64,000 nt of DNA from Callorhinchus milii. Taxonomy: Eukaryota. The DNA is taken from NCBI RefSeq assembly GCF_018977255.1, contig NW_024704742.1:10294001-10358000 (forward strand), given 5' to 3'. Numbering within the stretch: position 1 is the stretch's first letter; each line of letters begins with the position of its first letter. The translations under genes and the position numbers were made by a program. Positions 1 to 10,775 of this stretch are shown piece after piece. Below the pieces are notes generated by a model. That model did no database searches. It was not told the origin of the DNA and was given only the letters and a program-made list of their open reading frames with translations.

Positions 1-719
1 GGCTTGGAGTAACGTAGGGTTTAATGTAAGCTCACAACTTAATTAGCACATTTTGAATGAAGATTGTAAACGTCAATGCTACAAATGGGCAGACTTTATA
101 GCTCTGATCTCTCACTTGTTCCAAAATGTTTCGCTGGGTAAAGTCCTGCATTCTTTACATACCTTATGTAGGGCTAATGGGTCTGCTCAGAACTGGAAGC
201 CCCTGCCAATGCAAACAGAAAGGAGGGTGCACAGCAGTTCCCAACTACACTGGACCCTCTCTCTCTCTCTCTCGAAAGCTATCTTTGGACTTAATACAAA
301 AAGTGTCTCATACAGAGAGGAATGTAAGACAGAAGGTACTTTATGCGGGATACTTGTTGGGACAGGAAGTTATGCAATTTTCATGACAGCTTCAGCCATG
401 TCTGCATAGCTCAAGAGCACTGAAAAAAATAAGGCCTTATGACAAGATCAACTCATTTTTTTTCAACTAAAATAAGAAGTTAAATTTAATTTTATCACAA
501 GGTCTCCCTCCAACAGACACACTTCCCCCTCTTAAATGCTGCACGTCTCCTATTACTGCTAACTTCATTATTTATTGGACTGTGCTTTAGTTTATACTGT
601 GCTTCTACGAAATGCTGGTTTAAGTGCGTCTCTGAAGCAGACAGACTAAAACTACTCTAAAGTCGGTGAGTCGAAACAATTGCATCAACCAGATTGTACC
701 CCCAACCTAAAGAATGAAT

Positions 720-980
720 TCTGAAACAGAGAGGGTTGAGGGGAGAACTGATAGAGGTCTTTAAATTTGTGAAGGGTTTTCATGGAATTAGATTGTGAGA
801 AACTATTTCTACTGGTCGGCGTGTCATTGACTTGAGAGCAGCAATATAAGATGGGGTTAGCAAGGAAGCAAAGGGGAACATTAAAATAATTTTCTTTACA
901 GAGAGTTGTTAGGATCTGGAATGCTCTTTGAGGTGGAGTGTTTGAGGCAGTGTCCACATTAAGTATCAAGAGGGAATTAC
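720..980 (+). mobile_element. Degenerate CR1 LINE ORF2 3' fragment
   Basis: Decayed match to the CR1 C-terminus (RGLRGELIEVFKFVKG...FTERVVRIWNAL); compare the better copy at 7375-8185. Confidence 0.7.
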
Positions 981-1784
981 ATTTGCTCCCTCCTTGCACG
1001 TTTTCGGTTCGCACCTTCCTCTTTGACCGTATCTACGGTCACTTCTCCATACGACCCGGCTCTGCATCAAACTCTGCCATTGTTAAGTGCCCCGTGTGAA
1101 GGGTGCTATATGAGTGCATATTGTGGTTGTAGATAGATATCCGAAGAGGAATAAGCTTCAGAGTAAAAGGCAGATAATTGGGAATGAATGTACTACTACT
1201 TCCAAGAGACAACATAGACACGATGGTCCAAATGGCTTTCTTCTGTACTGTACGTTTCTGTTTATTTGTTATAGTTCGATACATTGCCCTAGCAAGCAAT
1301 TCAGAAGAGAAATAGTAAAATGATCGCAGATAGTTAAGCACAGCTCAAATCTCAATAGAACCTGAGATTTGAAACTTGTGATCCTTGAAGCAAGTCTCAC
1401 AATAATATTAACTTAAAAAGGAGGCTCAGAATAAAAGTGCTGTATATACAAACAGCTCTGATCAGAGAATCAAGAGAGAACTGGAAAAAACACTCCTGGT
1501 AATTAAATAGACAGAAGAAGCATGACGTCATCTCTGAAGTTGAAGTTCTGTTAAAAGTCTTTGTTGAGAGAACTACTTAGGAGTGTTAATAAAATTAATT
1601 GACGACAGTTTAGATTCTCAGTTAAGAGAAGGCAGAGCTTACTGACTATATGGAGCATGAACCACCCAGGTAAAGTGTGATCTGATCAGAGGTTTCAATG
1701 ATTCTCAGCCAGCCCACTGTAACCTTTATGTCTCCATTGACTGCACATTACAAAACTCTCTAGTTTTGGTGGAAAAGACCAATT

Positions 1785-2147
1785 GGATCCCTGTATCTCA
1801 GTGGTTAGAGCACTCACCTCACAAGCGAGAGACCTGGGTTCAATTCCCAGCAGAGAGAAATGTTGGGCAAGTTTCCTTATTCCACACGCCTCTGTTTACT
1901 CAACAGTAAGTAGGAACCTGGTTGTTAGTTAATTGGCAGATCACTTTTCCAAGGGTAATAATTTCTTCAAAAAAAAATTGGTCACTCAATCCACGACTGT
2001 TTGTGGGACACTGCTGTGAGTAATTGGCTGCGCATTTCGCTCACAAAATATACAGACAATTCACTTTACAGTATAGTCTGTGAAGCGCTTTGAGACGTCT
2101 CAAAGACGTGATAAGGCGCTATATTAAATGCAAGGATTAATATTATT
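1785..2147 (+). mobile_element. tRNA-derived SINE family A, full length
   Basis: A box (tcagtggttagagc), B box (ggttcaattcc), central cacacgcctctgtttac...agtaagtaggaacc block, L2-like 3' stem-loop (acgtc-N5-gacgt), (ATT)n tail. Confidence 0.9.
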
Positions 2148-2880
2148 GGTTTCTGCTTAACTTCTGTGGGGCTTTAGTCAACGTTAACATAATTACAACA
2201 AAACTTGTCATGCGGCGTAAAAAATGGGATGCTGAAGAAAGGATTTGAAGTGGTATCACTTTGAATCTCTTTGGAAATCACATTTTGTTCTCATTTGCAA
2301 AGGTCAAGAAGACAATATGACTATTCAGGGAGTGAATAGTCTCTTCATAGTTACTAGTAACAACAGCAACAGCAACAGCTTGCATTTATATCGCTCCTTA
2401 GTACTTTGTTTGAGACCAGCCATTGGTTTGCATCTCTCGTTTATAAAAACAGATAGTCCTTTCCCATGAGGTGCACACCCAGACAGCAAATGAAGAACCT
2501 AAGCATAACTAATGTGCCTCTGAAATTCAGTGACTCTTAAAACCTATGAATCATATAAGTATCTCAGACACACTGTGATAATAAAATTGGCTGTTCATTT
2601 CAAGGCTGTTTGTTGGACATTGCTGTGTGCTAATATGCTGCCGCTGTTGCCTACAAATACAGTCACTCCATTTCACAGTAAATCCTGTGAAGCACTTTGA
2701 GACATCCTTCCGATAAGGCGAAATACCAAATGCAAAGATTATTATTATTATACAAATTTCTTCAGAAGAACCCATTAAGAACAAGTGACAGGAAAAAAAA
2801 ACTTCTCTCATGAATTTGATGCTTAACACATTGAGGAATGTTTGTACTGAAAAACTAAGCATTTTTGCATCAAGGAATCT

Positions 2881-3237
2881 TAATAATAATCCTTGCATTT
2901 GGCATCGCGCCTTATCATGTCTTCAAGACCACTCAAAGTGCTTCACAGAATATACTGTAATAATAATATATTTTGTGGGTGAAACACGGCATCCAATTGC
3001 GCACAGCAGAAACAGTCATGGATTGAGTGACAAAATATTATTATTATTTTTTGAGGGATTATTATCCCCAGAAAAACGATCCACCAATCGACTAACAACT
3101 GGTTCCTACTTACTGCTAGGTGAACAAAGGCGTGTGGCATAAGGAAACTTACCCAATGGTTCGCCCTACCCAGGAATCAAACCCAGGTCTCTCTCTCTCG
3201 TGAGGCAAGCACTCTAACCACTGAGCTGCAGGACTCC
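2881..3237 (-). mobile_element. SINE family A copy with small internal deletion
   Basis: Reverse complement of the family A head (ggagtcctgcagctcagtggttagag) through to the (ATT)n tail. Confidence 0.88.
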
Positions 3238-4444
3238 TTACGTCAGATATAAATTTCCCACTACTCTATCCTAATAATGCATCTGAACCCCAGAACTGCA
3301 CAAATCGGGCACTTTTTTACTTCTTACATTCCACTGCACCAATGTGACATTTTTCATTTCCCAGACCAGTCATCCTTTAAGAGTCAGTTTGCCAATTTAT
3401 CATCAAATTAAGTCCAGTTTTGTGCTAAGAGCCCACACCTGCTGGGAACTGGCTTGAGATTGCCCAAACTCATTTATCAAAGGACCCTTAAATCTTTTTG
3501 TTATTCCTATAGTTTAATACGTATGTGGCTATCACCATTAGACAGACTGTTTTTGTGTCTATTTGAACCATCAGAAGATGCCTGTGAGAGTTTGATTACA
3601 CACCACTGTGCTATCATTAATAATGTCCAATGAAGATATCATCTATCGTCACTTCCAATAAGAGTCTAAGATAAACATTATGCCCTTTAATCATATCCCT
3701 CTGTAATATATTCCAGCCAAAGGAACCGCAGCTGAAAGGGAATATTTGTTCAGTGTCTTGTTCATTCTCCACCGTCTAGAGTATTTGTTTAACTGCAGAA
3801 ATAGGATAAATGAATGTTTTGCTCAAGAAGCAGCATTCTCATTAAACCGATTCCCAATGCAGATTTAAAGGGAGGTGGCGGTGGCTAAAGCTGAATGTAT
3901 AAATAAGTGAATGTGCCCACATGATTCAAAGACATGATAAGGCGCTATAACAAATGCAGGGATTATTGTTATTATTATGATCTGTAGTTTTATTTCTACT
4001 GCAGCCACTGTTAGCCCAATTGAAAACATACCAGAACTGATTACTGTGCAGAACAGGGGCCTTTGGTTTGTATAATAAATAATTGCAAATGCAGCTTGTC
4101 AAACATCAGACGTGGCAGGATCATCCTTAAATAATGATATCAGGGAACTGCGACAGTTAATACTGAAATAATTATTCATGACACAGTTCCAATTAGATTT
4201 TACAGGTGTCTGGTTATTTCTCAACGTAGAATAGCAGGTCTCACCACCTCCGGACTGCTTTATTGAAGGAGCACTGACATGTACAAGTTCTCCCCAGATT
4301 TAATTTTTACGAATCAATGTCAGATGGAGATAATAAATGAATTAAGGCTCTTTGGACAGGCTGCAAAATGACTTATTCAAATAAAAGTATTCAATCTATC
4401 CATCAAATATAAAGATTATTATTATTATCTCCCTCACTGTCATT

Positions 4445-4760
4445 ACAACAAGAACAAATTACTTATGTATAGTTCCTTTCACATCAGGAGGACATAACAA
4501 GGTGCTCAACAATCAAGGATTTGGACCCAAGCTGGGGGTTGGGATCAGGAGAGGTGGAGGACGTGGAGGGTGGGATTAGGAGGGTGGCTGAAGGTGCGAT
4601 CGAAGAGGAGGGTCTTGAGACGTGCTTTGAAGGAAGCAAGGGAGGGAGCAAGATAAAGGGACTGGGGGATGGAGTTCCAAAGGGTGGGGGCAGAAAAGCT
4701 GAACGCCCACCCTACGATAGTGGGACGGGCTGGGCGGGGGAATGTGGAGCTGAGCAGAGG
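4445..4760 (-). mobile_element. L2 LINE 3' fragment
   Basis: (TTG)n tail, L2 stem-loop remnant and LWNSIP/FKARLKT-type coding remnant on the minus strand. Confidence 0.8.
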
Positions 4761-5199
4761 GAGTAGACAGGTTGGTATAGACTATCTATCCTTTGGGGGA
4801 TGTGGCGCCAGGCGAGGGTGTCAAGCACCTTCTAACCTCCCTGCCTCTCCTGATCTCACCCCTGCTCGGACCCAAATCCTTAACTGTCTCACTCATAGGG
4901 ACGTCCTTCCAACGTGAAAGGCGCTAGACAAAAGTAATTTTGTATTGTTCTGTAATCTCTGAATAAATGGCTCTAATGGAACATTTCTCGGTGGGTAGAC
5001 TTTTATTCGAAGCAGTTCTAATTGGTTTTAGATTTTATCTTAATTTATTCAGCAAAAATAAATTAAATTGTTAAACACAGGAAGGAGGAATGAATCTGCA
5101 TTACATAATTGCCTCCCTGGGGAGTGTTCCTGGAACAGACAGAAAGAGGCTGCTCGGAAAATGGAATTGCTGTAACCAATATGTTGCTAATAGTCACCT

Positions 5200-6870
5200 C
5201 TGGTGGGGGCAGCAGGGTCAACAAAAGCACAGTCAAAAAGGAGCGTCTTGAGATGGGTCTTGAAGGAGGCGAGGGAGGGGCGAGGTGGAGGGACTGCGGG
5301 ATGGAGTTCCAGAGGGTGGGGACAGGGAGGAAGACCGTTGGCCTGCCCGCCAATAGTGGGGCGAGCAGGGCAGGGGATGTGAAGCAGGAGTCCCCAGAGC
5401 GGAGGGAGCAATCAGGATGAAAGGGGGTTAGGAGGTCGCAGGGGTAGGGTGGAGTAAGACCATGGAAGGTTTTGAAGGTGTGGACCACGATCTTGTACTG
5501 TATCCTCTGTGTGATGGGAAGCCAGTAGAGCTGGGCAAGGATGGGTTGATAGCGTCATAGAGCCTGGTGCAAGAGAGGACACAGGCTGTAGAGTTCTGGA
5601 TGATCTGCAGCCTTTGGCGGGAGGAGTGGGAGAGGCCGACAAGTAAGGAGTTTGCATAGACAAGCCTCAATGTAATGAAAGTATATATGAGGGTTTCGGC
5701 GGCCTGTGGTGTGAGATAGTGGCAGAGCTGGGCGATGTTGCGGAGGTGAGGCAAGGCAGAGCGGGTCATGGTGCAGACGTGGGGTAGAACAACAACAACA
5801 AGAAGATTACATTTGTATAGCGCCTTTCACGTCAAGAGGACGTCCCAAGGTGCTGGACAGTGTACAGCATTTCAGAACTAGAAAGGATAGTTGAGGATCA
5901 AACAAGTCCCCAAGGTTCCGGCCGGCTTAGTAAGGTGGAGTGTGCATCCATGGATGGTGATGCTGTCAGCGTCTGAGGTGAGGAGGCGCTGACGGGAGCC
6001 AATCAGGAGAGCCTCGGTCTTGTTGACATTCAACTGAAGAAAGTTAACTCTCATTCAGGACTTGATGTCTGACAGACATTCTGTCAGGACAGCAGTGTTC
6101 CTGGAGTCAAGGGTGGAGGTAGAGAGGTACAGTTGGGTGTCATTCACATACATGTGGAACTTGACCCCATGTCTGTGGATGATGTCACCAAGAGGGAGCA
6201 TATAGATATTGAAGAGGAGGGGACCAAGGACAGAACCCTGAGGAACACCGCACGATACGGTGCGGGGGCTGGAGGAGAAGCTGTTTGTGGAGATGAAGTA
6301 GAGGCGGTGTGAGAGGTATGATCTGAACCAGTCAAGGACAGAGCCGTGGAAGTTGAGGTGAGAGGAGAGTCGGTGGATGAGGATAGAGTGGTCAACGGTG
6401 TTGAAGGCAGCAGAGAGGTCAAGGAGGACAAGGAAGCTGAGGGAGCCCTGGTCGCAGATGGACAGAATGAAATTCTTCACTTTGACCAGGGCTGTTTCCG
6501 TGCTGTGGGCGGCATGGAAACCTGATTGGAGGCATTTGTGGCGGGAGAGGAAGGAGCGAAGCTAGGAAGCAATAACTCATTTCCTTGGAGAGGAAAGGGA
6601 GGTTGGAGATGGGGCAGTAGTTTGAGAGTAGAGATGGGTCCAAGGAGGGTTTTTTCAGGATAGGAGTGATGACGGCCGTTTTTAATGGGGTGGGAACAAT
6701 ACCAGAGGACAGGGAGAAGTTTATCATGTCTGTAAGTAAAGTGGCAAGGAAGTAGAGATGGGGACGGTGTAGTAGACAGAAGGGCAGAGGCAGCTGAGTG
6801 GATCTCCTTGACTTTGGATTCAAGGAAGTTCAGCATCGTCTCGCAGTTGTTATTGGCAGTGAGGATGGGC
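5200..6870 (-). mobile_element. L2 LINE, 5'-truncated, RT and C-terminal region, frameshifted; nested L2 tail at 5790-5878
   Basis: ORFs contain [49 protein letters not shown] and LWNSIPQSL. Confidence 0.92.
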
Positions 6871-7047
6871 GAGGCATGAGAGGGTGTAGATGGTGTTCCT
6901 GAACTGATATATGAGAAGCCCAAGAGCAAGTGTTAAAGCTTTGAATTCTGGTGTCCAACCTTGGAGTGGTGTAGCTATCTGACCTTGAAGGCCGATCAGC
7001 ACTTGTGGAACTGACCTCGGCAAGCGTCAGTGCATCAAAACAAATTT

Positions 7048-7330
7048 GAGTCCTGTAGCTCAGTGGTTAGAGCACTCTCCTTACCTAGCAGTAAAGTAGG
7101 TAAACAGAGTCATTGCTTTTCCAGGAAGTAATAATCCCTCAAAAAAATACTAATAATTTGATCACTCAATCCACGACTGTTTGTGGGACTCTGCTGTGCG
7201 TAATTGACTGCCATATTTAACCCACAAAATATACAGTCAAGTCATTTTACAGTATCTTCTATGAAGCGCTTTGAGACGTCTCGAAGATGTGATAAGGCGC
7301 TATATCAAATGCAAGGATTATTATTATAAA
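7048..7330 (+). mobile_element. SINE family A copy (internally deleted) preceded by a shared 150-bp leader
   Basis: Head gagtcctgtagctcagtggttagagcac and standard 3' half; leader 6899-7047 is repeated at 18802-18953. Confidence 0.85.
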
Positions 7331-7374
7331 TAATAACTCTCAACTCCAGTCTACCAATATTGTGTCCTATCTGA

Positions 7375-8185
7375 GATTGCCAAATGTAATAGGTTTCCAC
7401 CTAGGTAGAAAAAATAGAAAAGCAGATTATTTTCTAGAAGGGGAGAGACTAGGTAGTCTTAGTATTCGGGGGGATTTAGGTGTCCTTGTACACCAACTAC
7501 AGAAAGTTAATATGCAGGTACAGTAAGCAATTAGAAAGGCTAATAGCATGTTAGCGTTTATTGCAAAGTGGTTAAAGTACAAGAGTAGGGAAGTCTTGCT
7601 ACAATTGTATCGGGCCTTAGTGCACCTAGAATATTGTATGCCATTTTGGTCTCCTTATCTAAGAAAGGATATACTCACCTTAGAGGGGGTGCAGGGTAGG
7701 TTCACTAGGTTGGTTCCTGGGATGAGGGGGTTGACCTATGAGGAGAGATTGAGTAAACTAGGCCTATATTCTCCAGAATATAGAAGAATTAGAGGTGATC
7801 TTATAGAAACCTATAGGATTCTTAAGGATCTTGACAGGGTAGATAGTGTGAGACTGTTTCCCCAGGTTAGAGAATCTAAAACTAGAGGTCATAGTCTCAG
7901 GATTAAAGGCCAGCCTTTTAGAACTGAATTGAGAAAACATTTCTTCACTCAGAGGGTAGTGAATTTATAGAATTCTCTGTCCCAGAAGGCTGTGGATGCT
8001 CAGTCATTGAACATATTCAAGACTGAGATCGATAGATTTTTAAAAACTAAATGGATTAAGGGATATGGGGATAGGACGGGTAAATGGAATTAGGTTAGAA
8101 GATCAGCCATGATCTTATTAAATGGTGGGGCAGGCTCGAGGGGCCGAATGGCCTACTTCTGCTCCTATTTCTTATGTTCTTATGT
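7375..8185 (+). mobile_element. CR1 LINE 3' fragment
   Basis: ORF 7548-7970 (LQLYRALV..LEYC..FWSPYLRKDI..RRIRGDLIETY..KTRGHSL..FFTQRVVNL) is a CR1 ORF2 C-terminus; ends in the gggccgaatggcct stem region and (TTCTTATG)n tail. Confidence 0.93.
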
Positions 8186-8394
8186 AATGTCAAATCACAG
8201 CAAGTTTGTGCTGTGGCTCCACACCATTGAGAACTAAGTTGTCCTGACTCACTAAAACACATCTTATGACGCATCCAAAATAAATATCATAAAATAAAAT
8301 ATACCCTGTAAATGCTCCCTAACATTTAAAATAAGTAAAATAAATCCTCCCTGATAATTAAAATAGAATAAATAATTTGGAATTGTCTTTTGAA

Positions 8395-8540
8395 GACTGT
8401 TTGTGGGACACTGCTGTGTGCAATTAGCTGCTCTGTTTCATCCACAAAATATAGTCATTTCACTCTACAGTATATCCTGTGAAGCGCTTTGAGACACCTT
8501 GACGACGTGATAATATATTAAATGCAAGGAATATTATTTC
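8395..8540 (+). mobile_element. SINE 3' half, in the intron just downstream of the CSGALNACT1 exon
   Basis: gactgtttgtgggacactgctgtg...cctgtgaagcgctttgagaca...aatgcaagg matches the family A tail. Confidence 0.85.
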
Positions 8541-8692
8541 TATATAGGACTCTCACATGTTAGGGCTAATCTAGGCCCTGTTGTAAAAGGCAAATACACT
8601 GTGACTCACAGATCTCCCACACCCTACCTCACACTGTAGTTTCAAGGGGAAAGTCAATGTTTTTAATCGTGTATTAAACATTACAAACCAAC

Positions 8693-9335
8693 CTTCAACA
8701 AAGTCAGCGGCGGCGTGCATGCGTTGATTTGTTGCTCCTTCATCTTCAGGGGTGTTCAAAGCCTCAAGAGCCACTTCAATAGCTTCCACTAACTCATCCC
8801 GCTTGTCCTTCCTGACTGGTTTCTCTTCAGGATGTCGCGTCAAACCCATCTCCAGCTGGTACACCTTCTGCAGAGTGAAGCTCTCAAACGGTACCACTGC
8901 ATATTCCGTGGGCAACTTGACACCAGAATGGACCTCTGCCTTGTCTATCTGAGAGTGCAGGAACTCCAACAGGTCCCCTTGAGTTTTCGCCCGACTGCTC
9001 TGGTCAAAGTTAACGCCAAGCGAATCTCCATAGCGACCTTGCATGGCTTTGAGCTGCTCGCTTCTCTCCTGCAGCTCCTCCTTTAGCTGTGCAATCTGCT
9101 TCTTCAAGCTGTTGATGTAATTGCGGTGTTGCTCCTCGTGCTCCTCGAGCAGCACCTGGATGTTGTCCTTCCCAGTCGGACTGTTGGACCTTGGCAACAC
9201 AGGCTGTCCATCTTCTGCCTTTGGAGTGCAGGCCAACATGTACAGCAAGGACACCGTGCAGCACAGGAGGACCAGGATCACCGCCAGCCGCCAAATCCAG
9301 GCAGGCATTCCTCTCCGTATCATTCTCATCCACAT
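8693..9335 (-). CDS. CSGALNACT1: Chondroitin sulfate N-acetylgalactosaminyltransferase 1, first coding exon (N-terminal TM anchor and coiled-coil stem; 214 codons + 1 nt)
   Basis: Translation [35 protein letters not shown]...[26 protein letters not shown]...[45 protein letters not shown]...ADFVEG matches the vertebrate CSGALNACT1 N-terminus as I recall it. Similarity stops at GAAG|GTTGGT (donor GT at 8692-8691). In-frame ATGs at 9335, 9329 and 9323; the true start is uncertain. Confidence 0.95.
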
Positions 9336-9467
9336 TGGGTCGTATCCAGTTAGTCAGTCCAGAGTGACTTGACAGCAAGAGCAATCCTCTCTGAACCGAA
9401 TGGTTCAGTCCTCGTCATTCCTCTCATTTCAGACTAGGGCAGCCTTGGACTGGCAGTGGAACAGAAC
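9336..9467 (-). other. CSGALNACT1: 5' UTR part of the CSGALNACT1 start-codon exon, with splice acceptor
   Basis: Minus strand reads tgtcgttgtgtgtttgcccctccAG|GTTCTG: pyrimidine tract plus AG at 9469-9468, giving a 775-nt exon (9467-8693). Implies upstream non-coding exon(s). Confidence 0.75.
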
Positions 9468-9564
9468 CTGGAGGGGCAAACACACAACGACAGAATCAGA
9501 ATCATCAGCACTAACTGAAGATAGGTTACATCAGAAGGGAAATTAAGACTGTAGGGGCAAGTTT

Positions 9565-9662
9565 AATAATAACAATAATCCTTCCATTTGATATAGCGCC
9601 TTAGCACATCATTGAGATGTCTCAAAGCGCTTCACAGGCTACACTGTAAAGTATTTTATGGG
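9565..9662 (-). mobile_element. SINE 3' end, just upstream of the CSGALNACT1 acceptor
   Basis: ataatccttccatttgatatagcgcc...tgtctcaaagcgcttcacagg is the reverse complement of the family A tail. Confidence 0.85.
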
Positions 9663-10775
9663 CCTCACTCACTTGCCTCACTCCAAGTTTAGGACAGACA
9701 TCAGTCAACATGTTGTTACGCTGAGGGTATTCACAGATTTGAACCAGTTAAAGTGTGGTTGAGATAAGGACCAATTTCTTCACTAAATCTGGAAACCTCA
9801 TAATCTCATCAAATGAATCTTAACCAGCAGTGTTTACCAGCAGCCAAGAATGTGGTCTCAGCCGGACTAACCCAGGAGAAATTACAGTAAAGTTGAAATG
9901 AGAAGTAGAGAGAGAGAGAAAGGGGGGAAAAAGGGAAGGTAAAAAGTGACAAGAAGTTTTGAGTAAAGGTAATATTTTAGAATGTATGTTTATTATAAAA
10001 TTGTCCAGTTATTCTAGTTTAGTTTATTCCAGCACTAGCTATTCCTGACGTCTAAGTATCTATTAATCTTAATGTTATATCAGTATTATTCAGCATCAGA
10101 ATACATTAGCTGAAACTGTACTGAACCAGTCAGCCCACAGATACAAGAATGTGCTATAGTCCTGTGGTATTCCAAGGGTTAAACTGAAATCTGAAACAAT
10201 CTGATTGAAATTCAGTCATGTTCTCCCCAGGGACGGATGTTTGAGGGAAGGAAAGGAGGTAACTACACATGCTGGTCTTGTGACCGACTGTCTGGAAATA
10301 ATCCCTTAAAAACAAGAAAAATAATAAATTGGTCACTTCAATCTACGACTGTTTGTGGGACACTGCTGTGCATAATTGGCTGCCGCGTTTCGCCAACAAA
10401 ACATAGTTAATTCACTTTACAGCATATTCTGTGAAGCGCTTTGAGACATCTCGAAGAAGTGATAAGGCGCTATATCAGATGCAAGGATTATTATTATTAT
10501 TAAATGGTGAATGTGAATGAAGAGGCATCAGATTTATCAGATCTACTTGATTCACATTGACCATGGCCTGGGTGAGCTCACAGAGCTCAGGGACACAGGT
10601 TCTCCCATCACCTTGAACATGTGCAGCATTAATAATTTTATTTGAAACAGAAAAGCCCTCCCATTTAAAAAGAAGCCTTAAAAGGCACAGAGACGGTAAT
10701 TGTTTTCTGACAGCGTCAAGCGCTCCGGGACACTATCCTGGGTGAGGGGCACTGTATAAATGCAAGTTGTTGTTG

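Noticed and set aside
1522..1531. Perfect CRE palindrome ATGACGTCAT
   Set aside because: Isolated motif without supporting cluster; compatible with chance in 64 kb.
1..8570. Search for the next CSGALNACT1 exon (IYRTERDKGTLYEL...)
   Set aside because: No matching translation found; it is presumably beyond the window start.
8571..8692. ORF extension [11 protein letters not shown]...FYNRA after DFVEG
   Set aside because: Read-through into the intron past the GTTGGT donor; homology ends at the donor and I saw no nearby minus-strand poly(A) signal.
9010..9384. Overlapping alternative-frame and antisense ORFs across the CSGALNACT1 exon
   Set aside because: Shadow ORFs of a GC-rich coding exon; no independent support.
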